From: a virus
Taxonomy: Duplodnaviria > Caudoviricetes
Direction: 5' to 3' (one strand)
DNA: 38,232 bases
IMG/VR virus record: IMGVR_UViG_3300022666_000277
Location: 1 to 38,232 of that record
Under the pieces are notes generated by a model that made no database searches, was not told the origin of the DNA, and worked only from the letters and a program-made list of their open reading frames with translations. Below, piece after piece: positions 9,313 to 16,748 of the stretch (its first letter is position 1; each line of letters opens with the position of its first letter). A program made the position numbers and the translations under genes.

Positions 9313-9340
9313 AGTATAGTCAGATCGGGTACGCTGTCAA
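9313..9340 (-). promoter_or_regulatory. Sigma70-type promoter for the repeat RNA / NYN unit
   Basis: TTGACA-16 nt-TATACT on the - strand; predicted start about 9307, at the first repeat. Confidence 0.75.
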
Positions 9341-9390
9341 GGGGCATATGTTCTATCTACCTGCCGGGCCGGCGCCGTTTATTAAAAGAG

Positions 9391-10494
9391 TTACGCAGAA
9401 GCGATGTTTATTAACACATAGTTATTATTGTCTTTTACGCATTCAATTTCTACAGTTTGGTTGTAATAGGGTCTTACTACGTCTTCCATTAGGGCGATGG
9501 GGACACGGATTTTAATTTTTGTACCGTTATCTAATTGGATTTTGATGCTTTTTGAGTCGAATGAATCAGCGAAGCCAAGTATGCCGCGAAAAGTTACGGC
9601 TTCGGATGGTGTCTGAAATTCTTGTGGGGCTGATGTTTTTTTTGAGATTGCATGCTCGCGCCCCGGTTTTGTTATTCTTACTTTCTTTTCGTGGCCGTTA
9701 ATATTCGCGGATATGCCAACAAAACTTAGCCGTTTGCCATCTGGGGCCAGCTGAGTGGCTAAACCCACAAAGTTTTGAAAATATTCCTGATCGGGAATAA
9801 TTTCTTTTAAGCCGTCTTCATCATCATTCACAAATGAATCAAAACATGAAACAATGTCTTTTACGATGTCTTGGGCAAGGGAAATACCGGGTAATTGTTG
9901 GTGCAAGGCAATTTTGATGATCGCCGCAAAACAATTGGGGCGGGTTGCTGCCAGGTATAGATCACATTTTTCTTGAATGGAAAACGCCGGTGCGCCACCT
10001 TTACGGAACGGCCTATTTAATTTTCGCTCAGTTGTTCTCCAGGCGATTTTTTCCAGTGCGGACATCCGTGATGTAAATAATTCGGTTGCGATAATGCCGC
10101 TGCCTGTTTCTGGGCCCTGTAAGCTGATTTGAAATTCCTCGTGGGATAATTCGTATTCCTTGACGATCAGGTGCCGTTCGAAATTTAGTTGATCCAGTAT
10201 CTCTCTTAGCTCTATGGCGATATCGTGAGGCGGGAATCCTAGCAGGCCCTCACATACGGCTTTCTCTGCTTCTGTAAGCATGTTTGCTTGTAAGGCTAGG
10301 GCCGCGGCAGATTTATACAAGATAGAACGAACAGGTTCATTGGTCGTCGATCGTTCAAACATGCTCACTGCTTGAATTTCATACTGGTAGGCCAATTGCG
10401 AGAGGCGTTGAACAGCTTCCCAGTCTTTTCTTTGTTGCGCCAAAAAGGCTTCTTCAGCAAAGGCCATGGCTTTTTGATGGAGTTCTTCTTTCAT
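9391..10494 (-). CDS. Hypothetical protein with a helical (TPR-like) N-terminal domain and beta-rich C-terminus; candidate defence partner
   Basis: 367-aa AT-rich ORF with an EPVRSILYKSAAALA helical motif; ATGA-coupled to the upstream gene. Confidence 0.6.
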   Translation of the reverse strand: MKEELHQKAMAFAEEAFLAQQRKDWEAVQRLSQLAYQYEIQAVSMFERSTTNEPVRSILYKSAAALALQANMLTEAEKAVCEGLLGFPPHDIAIELREILDQLNFERHLIVKEYELSHEEFQISLQGPETGSGIIATELFTSRMSALEKIAWRTTERKLNRPFRKGGAPAFSIQEKCDLYLAATRPNCFAAIIKIALHQQLPGISLAQDIVKDIVSCFDSFVNDDEDGLKEIIPDQEYFQNFVGLATQLAPDGKRLSFVGISANINGHEKKVRITKPGREHAISKKTSAPQEFQTPSEAVTFRGILGFADSFDSKSIKIQLDNGTKIKIRVPIALMEDVVRPYYNQTVEIECVKDNNNYVLINIASA

Positions 10495-11051
10495 GGAGTA
10501 ATTTCCTGGAATTTGCTGATAGGCTGGCTAAAATTTGTTACCGAAACAAAACCCGGTAAATTTGATTCGTTTGATTTGCCGATTTGAGCTATTTTTTCTT
10601 TTACGCGTCGGTTAAATTCATGCGAAGAACCTTGCGTTAAACCGGAAACTTCAAGGCGGCCTTTATAGTTGAGTGTGTCTTCTTTGGATACAAGCCAAAA
10701 ATCGAATCCGCCGCCTTTTCGTGAACTGCTCTGTATTTTAAAGTCGGTAAGATGCATTATTTGGAAGAAACTGATCAGGTAGGCGCCATATTCTGCGGCG
10801 CGATCATGATCTTCAAAAGTGCTTTCGTATGTCTTGTCAATTGTAAAAGTCCATTCGATTTTGAGGCTGCAATCAGCGCTACCTTGTACGAGGATACAAA
10901 CCCCTGATGTATGTTCATTCAGTGCAAGTGCGTAAGCTGCGGCATCTGAACAAAACCGAGTAAAACCGAGAGTGAAGGGGAGATCAGGATTGTCTAGATT
11001 GCATGTGAATGGGTTACCATTGTTGTCTGTTTCAGGGTTGAGTTTTGTCAT
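10491..11051 (-). CDS. Hypothetical protein, possible PD-(D/E)xK-like nuclease fold
   Basis: 186 aa; AAEYGA...GGGFDFWL...RLEVSG pattern (E...D...ExS variant); GAGGGG RBS. Confidence 0.5.
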   Translation of the reverse strand: MTKLNPETDNNGNPFTCNLDNPDLPFTLGFTRFCSDAAAYALALNEHTSGVCILVQGSADCSLKIEWTFTIDKTYESTFEDHDRAAEYGAYLISFFQIMHLTDFKIQSSSRKGGGFDFWLVSKEDTLNYKGRLEVSGLTQGSSHEFNRRVKEKIAQIGKSNESNLPGFVSVTNFSQPISKFQEITP

Positions 11052-11175
11052 TTTACCCCTCTTTATAATTTTGCAGAGGCATGGATAGGCGCTTTTTATT
11101 TTCTTGTTTCAACAAGATTGTTTTACAGTTTAATAAAAGCTTTGATAAGTAAGGCGAGCAAAAGTTGGAGTAGTT

Positions 11176-11316
11176 TTACATCTCTTTGAGAAGAGATGCT
11201 TTTTTGGCTTCGTATTCTTCCGGGTTGATGAGGCCGGCGTCTAGCATTTCTTTGAGTTGGCGGCAGATGGATAGGAACTCTGCCAGTTCCGGGTCGTTAT
11301 CTGGGTGTAGGGTCAC
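11176..11316 (-). CDS. Small SHOCT-domain protein, 46 aa
   Basis: Manual translation MTLHPDNDPELAEFLSICRQLKEMLDAGLINPEEYEAKKASLLKEM; L..L.D.G.I..EEYE.KK..LL is the SHOCT pattern; GTGA overlap with the upstream ORF. Below the ORF-track cutoff. Confidence 0.75.
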   Translation of the reverse strand: MTLHPDNDPELAEFLSICRQLKEMLDAGLINPEEYEAKKASLLKEM

Positions 11317-11370
11317 TCTTGCTGTTCGCGTTTTTGTGATGCGGCTATGGCTTTGTCATGTTCTGCAAAT
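11252..11370. repeat. 119-bp direct repeat, copy A (copy B at 12162-12280)
   Basis: Manual alignment at offset 910 shows 4 mismatches. Confidence 0.92.
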
Positions 11371-11513
11371 ACGGCAGTGTATAGGCTGTAGCCGGTGCTT
11401 GATCCGGATATGCCGAGGTCGTTGACCATTTTGATGACTGCCTGCATGAGTTCGTCTTTGGTTACATCGACGAAGCGGCGGGTTGGCGAATGGGGCTCTT
11501 TTGGGTTTTGCAT
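11313..11513 (-). CDS. Hypothetical protein, 66 aa
   Basis: AGGAG RBS right after the repressor stop codon; coupled to the SHOCT ORF. Confidence 0.65.
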   Translation of the reverse strand: MQNPKEPHSPTRRFVDVTKDELMQAVIKMVNDLGISGSSTGYSLYTAVFAEHDKAIAASQKREQQE

Positions 11514-11522
11514 GTGGTTCTC

Positions 11523-11894
11523 CTATTTTGGTAAGAATGTACGGGCGATGGATAGCACCCGTTTGCGGTCGTCTGGAGATAATTGCTGAAATAAATACGA
11601 CATTTCATCGATTTCCCGGTCTAAATTTGTAGTAGCGTTTTCAGGGAGTAACCCAGCTTTGCGCAAAACTGTTTCCAATGGGATTTTCATGGCGCTTGCT
11701 ATTGAGTTACACGCTGAATATTTTGGCAACGACCCAATTCTCGCTCTGCTGATTACAGAGGGAGAGATTTTTGCTCGTTTTGCTAATTCATAGTCTGTCC
11801 ACCCTCTAGAATTTAGTTCGCTATTTAGCCAATCAATAAATGTGTTTGTCTTTTCAGGCAATGAAATATTTCCCATAAAAGAATTATCCGACAA
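11523..11894 (-). CDS. XRE-family HTH repressor, paralog 2 (start uncertain)
   Basis: FIDWLNSEL..RGW...LAKRAKISPSVISRAR HTH; clearly homologous to 12318-12716. Confidence 0.85.
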   Translation of the reverse strand: MSDNSFMGNISLPEKTNTFIDWLNSELNSRGWTDYELAKRAKISPSVISRARIGSLPKYSACNSIASAMKIPLETVLRKAGLLPENATTNLDREIDEMSYLFQQLSPDDRKRVLSIARTFLPK

Positions 11895-11908
11895 GAATAC
11901 ATCTATTT

Positions 11909-12226
11909 TCAGAAAAATATATTTCTATATAGCTTGATTAGAATGCGAACAAGGATTGCGATTGATGTTCCACCGCCAACTGCGGTGGGTATTGCGAGCG
12001 GGTGAGCCGGCATGAGACTAAACAATGCGATGGCCAGCAGGCTGCTGGAGAGTACGAATTTTATGGCCGGAAATTGGCTGTGGCGGCGAGGCGTGTGGAG
12101 GGGGCGGGTGATGGTTTGTTTGCTGATGATGATCCCCCGTAGGATGTAGCGATTTTCTGTGTTGAGTTGGCGGTAGATGGATAGGAACTCTGCCAGTTCC
12201 GGGTCGTTATCTGGGTGTAGGGTCAC
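11909..12226 (-). CDS. Membrane protein with two predicted TM helices; shares its N-terminus with the SHOCT protein
   Basis: Hydrophobic stretches FVLSSSLLAIALFSLM and SIAILVRILIKLY; the first 17 aa are identical to those of 11176-11316. Confidence 0.7.
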   Translation of the reverse strand: MTLHPDNDPELAEFLSIYRQLNTENRYILRGIIISKQTITRPLHTPRRHSQFPAIKFVLSSSLLAIALFSLMPAHPLAIPTAVGGGTSIAILVRILIKLYRNIFF

Positions 12227-12280
12227 TCTTGTTGTTCGTGTTTTTGTGATGCGGCTATGGCTTTGTCATATTCTGCAAAT
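12162..12280. repeat. 119-bp direct repeat, copy B
   Basis: Matches 11252-11370 with 4 mismatches. Confidence 0.92.
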
Positions 12281-12310
12281 TGGCGAATGGGGTTGTTGGA
12301 GATTTTGCAT
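12223..12310 (-). pseudogene. Internally deleted, frameshifted copy of the 66-aa gene
   Basis: Begins MQNLQQPHSP (vs MQNPKEPHSP), lacks the 113 nt equivalent to 11371-11483, and stops after 14 aa. Confidence 0.7.
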
Positions 12311-12317
12311 AGGTCTC

Positions 12318-12716
12318 CTATTTATGCTTTGGTAAAAATGTGCGAGCTATTGACAATATGTGTTTGCGGTCATCGGCGGATAACTGCTGAAATAGATGGG
12401 CTAATTCGTCTATCTCGGGATTTGATTGTTGGGATGTGTTCTCCGGTAATAAACCTGCTTTTCGTAAAACTATCTCGGGAGGCATTTTTAATGCGTCTGC
12501 AATTGAAATACAAGCTTCCCATTTTATGGGTCTGATGCCGCTTCTTGCTTTGCTGATTACAGATTGGGATAACTTTGCTCGTTTGGCTAAATTGCTATCA
12601 TTCCACCCACGAAGATTTAACTCTTCATCCAGCCAGGATATGAATTCATTCATCAGGGCAGGATCATAGTTTGTCATACGGAATATTATTTCACTTTTGG
12701 CAATGTCAGTGGTCAT
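12318..12716 (-). CDS. CI-like XRE-family repressor, paralog 1 (start at 12716, 12677 or 12653)
   Basis: HTH LAKRAKLSQSVISKAR; divergent from the early operon promoter. Confidence 0.88.
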   Translation of the reverse strand: MTTDIAKSEIIFRMTNYDPALMNEFISWLDEELNLRGWNDSNLAKRAKLSQSVISKARSGIRPIKWEACISIADALKMPPEIVLRKAGLLPENTSQQSNPEIDELAHLFQQLSADDRKHILSIARTFLPKHK

Positions 12717-12721
12717 GATTA

Positions 12722-12793
12722 TTTTCCTATTGACAAGCATATATATCTGTATATATAATTTGTCTACAGACAAATTATTTTCTATTTGAAAAA
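12722..12793 (+). promoter_or_regulatory. Early lytic promoter with operators
   Basis: TTGACA (12730)-18 nt-TATAAT (12754). A perfect palindrome ATAATTTGTCT-AC-AGACAAATTAT (12755-12778) overlaps the -10 box; degenerate copies lie at 12722-12737 and 12778-12793. Confidence 0.85.
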
Positions 12794-12804
12794 TAGGAGG
12801 TTGA

Positions 12805-13290
12805 ATGGAACAGCAGGAGTTTGATCGTATGTTTGATTGTTTTTCGCCTGCAGAGGCTGTCCTTGCGCGACGGTTGATTGCTGAGTTGGAGAAGCTTCGA
12901 ACCCAGCATCAGATGCGTCGTGGGGATGAGGAGTTGCTGTTGAATTTTTTGGGTGCCTGTGCGGATGGTAAGGCGCCGAAGTTGATGCTGACGGGCGAGC
13001 ATGGGACGGGGAAGACGAGGATTGCCCGGCTGTTGAAGCGTGCAGGTACGGCGGATATGGTTGTGATCGATTGCGAGCCGTATACGAGCGACAGCCCGCA
13101 TGGCATAGACGCCGATTTTGTGCGGGCGGCGCTGCGCCAGGAGCGGTATCCGGTCGTAGTAGTTTCTACTCTGGGTGAGTTTGAGGGGTGTACGGAATTG
13201 CGCCTGGGCAGGGGGAAAGGAGACTGGCTTGAGTACGATATGCCCAGAGGGTTCTATGCGTGTGTGAAGGAGTTGATGAACAAAAAATGA
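12805..13290 (+). CDS. Small P-loop NTPase-like protein, 161 aa
   Basis: AGGAGG RBS; Walker A GEHGTGKT, Walker B-like VVID, sensor-like VVVST. Confidence 0.65.
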   Translation: MEQQEFDRMFDCFSPAEAVLARRLIAELEKLRTQHQMRRGDEELLLNFLGACADGKAPKLMLTGEHGTGKTRIARLLKRAGTADMVVIDCEPYTSDSPHGIDADFVRAALRQERYPVVVVSTLGEFEGCTELRLGRGKGDWLEYDMPRGFYACVKELMNKK

Positions 13291-13544
13291 TTGATCTGGC
13301 GGCGTGTGACCTGAAGGCGGGGTTGGTTGCCTGGGCTGAGCGAGATGGGATTTCGCCGGCGGAGTTTTCCAGGCGGACGGGGTATAGCTATAACCATGCG
13401 TATCAGTTGTTGCGGGGGCAGGCGACGGTAACGACGGATACATTGGGGCGGGTGTTTGTGGCATACGGGATGGAGGTGGTACGAGATATTTTTGTTTTGT
13501 GCGAGAAAAAACAGGATGGTGATGGGGATGTGGCGGCGAGTTGA
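13287..13544 (+). CDS. Cro-like HTH protein, 85 aa
   Basis: GISPAEFSRRTGYSYNHAYQLLRG HTH; ATGA coupling. Confidence 0.75.
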   Translation: MIDLAACDLKAGLVAWAERDGISPAEFSRRTGYSYNHAYQLLRGQATVTTDTLGRVFVAYGMEVVRDIFVLCEKKQDGDGDVAAS

Positions 13545-13657
13545 GCAATCATCCACCTGGTTCTGTGAGCGTCACCTGCTGTCCGGTTTCCCCTGGCCGG
13601 AAAAGTGGTGAGGGTGGTGGGCTGCCACTTGCAAAGGGTAGCATGGTTGTGAGGTAA

Positions 13658-14062
13658 ATGGGGATTTTTTCCCAGGGTCGAATTAGAGCCATACGAAGAG
13701 TAAGCGAGGATGACGTGTATAACCATATTTTGGATCAGGAGACGTTTGGGCGGGTGGTTTCGTGCGGTCCGACGGAGGCGACGCAACTGTTTGATCTTGC
13801 GCGGCAGGCGGTAAAACTGTTTTTGAATGAACTGGATGAAACGCAGGTTGGCGAGCGCGTGTATATGTCGGATGGGGGATATTACTGTTGTGCGCAGATC
13901 AAGGATCTGGCAGTGATCCTGAAGGTTACGCCTTTCCGGACTGGCCGGGTGTTGCGTGAGATGGGTTTGCGTATGAACCGGACGAATACCGGGTATGAGG
14001 TCCTGTTTAACCGGGCGCAGGTTGATCTGCTGGCGACGGCGTTGGGGGTGCGCAATGAGTGA
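13658..14062 (+). CDS. Hypothetical protein, probable winged-helix DNA-binding domain
   Basis: GAGG RBS; C-terminal half resembles the C-terminus of the primase-helicase. Confidence 0.55.
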   Translation: MGIFSQGRIRAIRRVSEDDVYNHILDQETFGRVVSCGPTEATQLFDLARQAVKLFLNELDETQVGERVYMSDGGYYCCAQIKDLAVILKVTPFRTGRVLREMGLRMNRTNTGYEVLFNRAQVDLLATALGVRNE

Positions 14063-15038
14063 CCAGGCGGCGGCGTTGAGGATGGTGGTTTGCGAGGTGA
14101 ACTGGCGTGAAGATTTTCGGGCCTGGATGCTGCGGAAGGGTGTGAACGAGAAAACGGTCAAGGCGTATTTGGGGGGATTGCAGGATTTTGCGGATTGGTT
14201 TTTGAGCGCGACCGGGTTTGAGTTCCGGCCGGAGTTGATGAATTCGTTTGACCTGGTGCGGTATCAGCAATGGGTGTTGGATGTGGCCAGGATGAGGCCG
14301 GCGACGTGGAACCAACGGCTGGCGGCGTTGCGCAAGTTTTGTAAATGGGCCGGGGGACAGGTGGTATTGCCGGTTGAGTTGTTTGATGATGTTAAGAAGG
14401 CTGAGGAAGAGGATTTGCCGCCCGATTGGTTGACGGATGCCGAGTTTGGCCGGTTGGGAAGTTATATTCATTCGCAGCATTATGATGATTATGACAGCCG
14501 TACGGCGCTGCGCCAACGCCGGGCGGTGCGCAACCGGGCAATTGTTATGCTGCTGGTGTACTGTGGGCTGCGTGAGTTTGAGGCGGCTAATTTGTTGATT
14601 GGGGATGTGGTTGTTGGCGAGCGGAGCGGCAAGGTGGTTGTGCGACGCGGGAAGGGTGGTAAGCGCCGTGAGATTCCGATTGGGGATGCAAAGGCGCGGG
14701 CGGTGTTGCGGCGTTGGTTGGATGTGCGTGGGGCGCATCTGCAGGAGGATTTGTTGTTTACCGATGATGAGGGGGGCAGGCTGTCGGAACGCAGGATCCA
14801 GGATATCTGTCATGAGATTGGGGCGAAGTGTAAGATTGACGATTTGCGCCCGCACCGGTTGCGCCATACGTGTGCGAAACGCATGGTGGATGCCGGCATT
14901 TCGTTGGAGGTTGTGGCGAAGATTTTGGGTCACCGCAGTGTGAAGACGACGATGCGGTATGTGGAGCCTGGTCGAGAGGATTTGGAGGGGGCGACGGCCC
15001 GGATTGGGTTGGGTCGGATGGCGAAGGCTGTTCGTTGA
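14055..15038 (+). CDS. XerC/D-like tyrosine recombinase, 327 aa
   Basis: N-terminal SAM-like domain (TVKAYL); catalytic GLR, GKGGK, HRLRH, LGH and TTMRY motifs intact. Confidence 0.93.
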   Translation: MSDQAAALRMVVCEVNWREDFRAWMLRKGVNEKTVKAYLGGLQDFADWFLSATGFEFRPELMNSFDLVRYQQWVLDVARMRPATWNQRLAALRKFCKWAGGQVVLPVELFDDVKKAEEEDLPPDWLTDAEFGRLGSYIHSQHYDDYDSRTALRQRRAVRNRAIVMLLVYCGLREFEAANLLIGDVVVGERSGKVVVRRGKGGKRREIPIGDAKARAVLRRWLDVRGAHLQEDLLFTDDEGGRLSERRIQDICHEIGAKCKIDDLRPHRLRHTCAKRMVDAGISLEVVAKILGHRSVKTTMRYVEPGREDLEGATARIGLGRMAKAVR

Positions 15039-15063
15039 TTTTTGTTTTTGTTATGGAGGCGCT

Positions 15064-15261
15064 ATGAGTGAAAAGGTGGTTGGTGTTACGAAGCCAGTGG
15101 TGCGGGTGCGGATTTCTGCGACGCCGGTGCTGGTGGAGGCGGTTGCTACGTTGGTTGGCGAGCTGCTGGAGGGCCGGGGGTATGAGGTGCTTGAGCAGAG
15201 TGCGCCGTATCCGAGCCGGTATGATGACGGCGAGGCGCGGGTGTTTTTGCTGGTTCGATAG
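15064..15261 (+). CDS. Hypothetical protein, 65 aa
   Basis: GGAGG RBS before ATG 15064; tight operon packing. Confidence 0.7.
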   Translation: MSEKVVGVTKPVVRVRISATPVLVEAVATLVGELLEGRGYEVLEQSAPYPSRYDDGEARVFLLVR

Positions 15262-15269
15262 GAGGCCAT

Positions 15270-15842
15270 ATGGATACGATGACGTTGGATGAGATTGTGC
15301 AGCAGGCTCGGGAACGGTTGGAGATGCGCCGTGAGGTTGAGCGACAGGCCGAGTTGGCGCGGGAGCAAGCGGATTTGGCGCGGCGCCAGGCGATACTGGA
15401 AGCTGGCAGGAAGATGTTCCCTGGGGAGTTGCACCACAGGGTGTCGATTGGGTGCGAGTATAAGGGGCAGGCGCGGGTGATTGTGGGTGGCGACGATTGG
15501 GCGGTCGGTGTAGAAGTTCGTTTTTGTGATGGGGGGTATCGCGCTTCGCCGGAGTACCTGGCGTTGATGCCGATGGTTGGCGAAGATGAAGAAGACGGAT
15601 ATTTTGTGTCGTACAGGGTTGAGGAATACACCGATGATTTGATGGAGGCGATCAGCTTGTCGATGGGCGGAGACTGGGGGTATGTACGCAATCGCGTTGC
15701 GGAACCGCGATTCAATCGCGATCAGCCAGAGCCTGTGTATGTGCCTGTGGAGGGTGACTTGCCCGTTCCGTTGGTGAGTGTGAACCGGAACGAGCTGATT
15801 GCTCTGATCAGGGATGTTGTGCAAGAGGAACTGGGTAATTAG
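15270..15842 (+). CDS. Hypothetical protein, 190 aa
   Basis: AGGAGG RBS; N-terminal coiled coil. Confidence 0.75.
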   Translation: MDTMTLDEIVQQARERLEMRREVERQAELAREQADLARRQAILEAGRKMFPGELHHRVSIGCEYKGQARVIVGGDDWAVGVEVRFCDGGYRASPEYLALMPMVGEDEEDGYFVSYRVEEYTDDLMEAISLSMGGDWGYVRNRVAEPRFNRDQPEPVYVPVEGDLPVPLVSVNRNELIALIRDVVQEELGN

Positions 15843-15847
15843 TTGCC

Positions 15848-15876
15848 GGTGGGGGCAAAAAAGCCCCCACCATTTT
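15848..15876 (+). terminator. Possible intrinsic terminator or attenuator
   Basis: GGTGGGGGC-AAAAAA-GCCCCCACC followed by ATTTT (short U tract). Confidence 0.5.
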
Positions 15877-16012
15877 CGGATGTCAATGGCCAGTCAGGTG
15901 GATGTTGAATTATCTGTCGAATATGTGCCTTTGCCGCCAGAGCGTGAGTATATGTGGCGGCGTGTGATGCGTAAGGTATGGCAGATGGCTGGCGCTCTAA
16001 AGGAGGTGAGGG

Positions 16013-16366
16013 ATGAACAATGTGATGATACAGATTGCGGTGACGGTGCTGGTTGCGATGCTGTTGTTGGCGGTGGAACATTATTGGCCATGGACCGGGG
16101 TGTTCCAAAGGAGATTACACCCAACGGCGAATTATGTACTGGGAACGTTGGCGCTGAACGTTCCACTAACGGTCTTGTTCATTGTGTGGGGTGAATGGGC
16201 TGTTGTGATTGCACTGTGGTTGGTTGTGGTGTGCGGTGGGGCGACGGTCATTGGGTCGTACTGGGTGGATGGCTGGATTGCTATGCGGGAGCGTACGCAA
16301 ATTGCGGAACGTGAAGCGCGGGTGTTGCGGCCAGGAGGCGAAAATGGCGCGCCCGATGAAAGATGA
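16013..16366 (+). CDS. Membrane protein (about 3 TM helices), 117 aa
   Basis: AGGAGGTGAGG RBS; three hydrophobic segments. Confidence 0.75.
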   Translation: MNNVMIQIAVTVLVAMLLLAVEHYWPWTGVFQRRLHPTANYVLGTLALNVPLTVLFIVWGEWAVVIALWLVVVCGGATVIGSYWVDGWIAMRERTQIAEREARVLRPGGENGAPDER

Positions 16367-16577
16367 TGAAATGCGGCGGGAGGAGTTGGAAGGCGATCTG
16401 GCGGCGCTGGGGAATGTGCGGGTTTATTTGCGGTTGATTGGCGATCGTGTGAGATCGATCTCTGAGATGATTGGACGCCCTGAGATGTTGCTTCCAGCGC
16501 TCCAGGATTTGTATCGGGCGGATACGTTAGTTCGTGGCGTTCAGGAAAGGATCAAGAGGTATGGCAATGTCGAGTAG
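16344..16577 (+). CDS. Hypothetical helical protein, 77 aa
   Basis: AGGAGG RBS before ATG 16344. Confidence 0.65.
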   Translation: MARPMKDDEMRREELEGDLAALGNVRVYLRLIGDRVRSISEMIGRPEMLLPALQDLYRADTLVRGVQERIKRYGNVE

Positions 16578-16712
16578 TGGTTTAGTCCGTGCGGGCGCTA
16601 TAACTCAAGAAGTCAGCAGCGAAAAAAATCACAAAGTTCACGTGATTTATGGGCGTGGGCGGGCATGGCGGGCTACGTGCGCAGCGGCTTGGATGGGGGT
16701 TTGAGGCTGCAA

Positions 16713-16748
16713 TTTCACTGCGGATAACTGAGGTTATCCGCAGTGAAA
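16713..16748. other. Symmetric dif-like tyrosine-recombinase site
   Basis: ACTGCGGATAA-CTGAGG-TTATCCGCAGT (11-6-11) within a perfect 16-bp inverted repeat; an extra half-site lies at 16803-16813. Confidence 0.6.

Noticed and set aside
11252-12280. Diversity-generating retroelement TR/VR pair
   Set aside because: No reverse transcriptase is encoded, there are only 4 mismatches (one not at a - strand adenine), and the repeat is explained by a larger module duplication.
14055-15038. Tyrosine recombinase as a tail-fibre invertase or shufflon
   Set aside because: No inverted tail cassettes or paired inversion sites were seen, the gene is far from the tail module, and only one full dif-like site was found.
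15814-16194. 126-aa ORF
   Set aside because: It has no clear RBS and its 3' half overlaps the better-supported membrane protein gene 16013-16366. A short real gene starting near 15880 is possible but unsupported.
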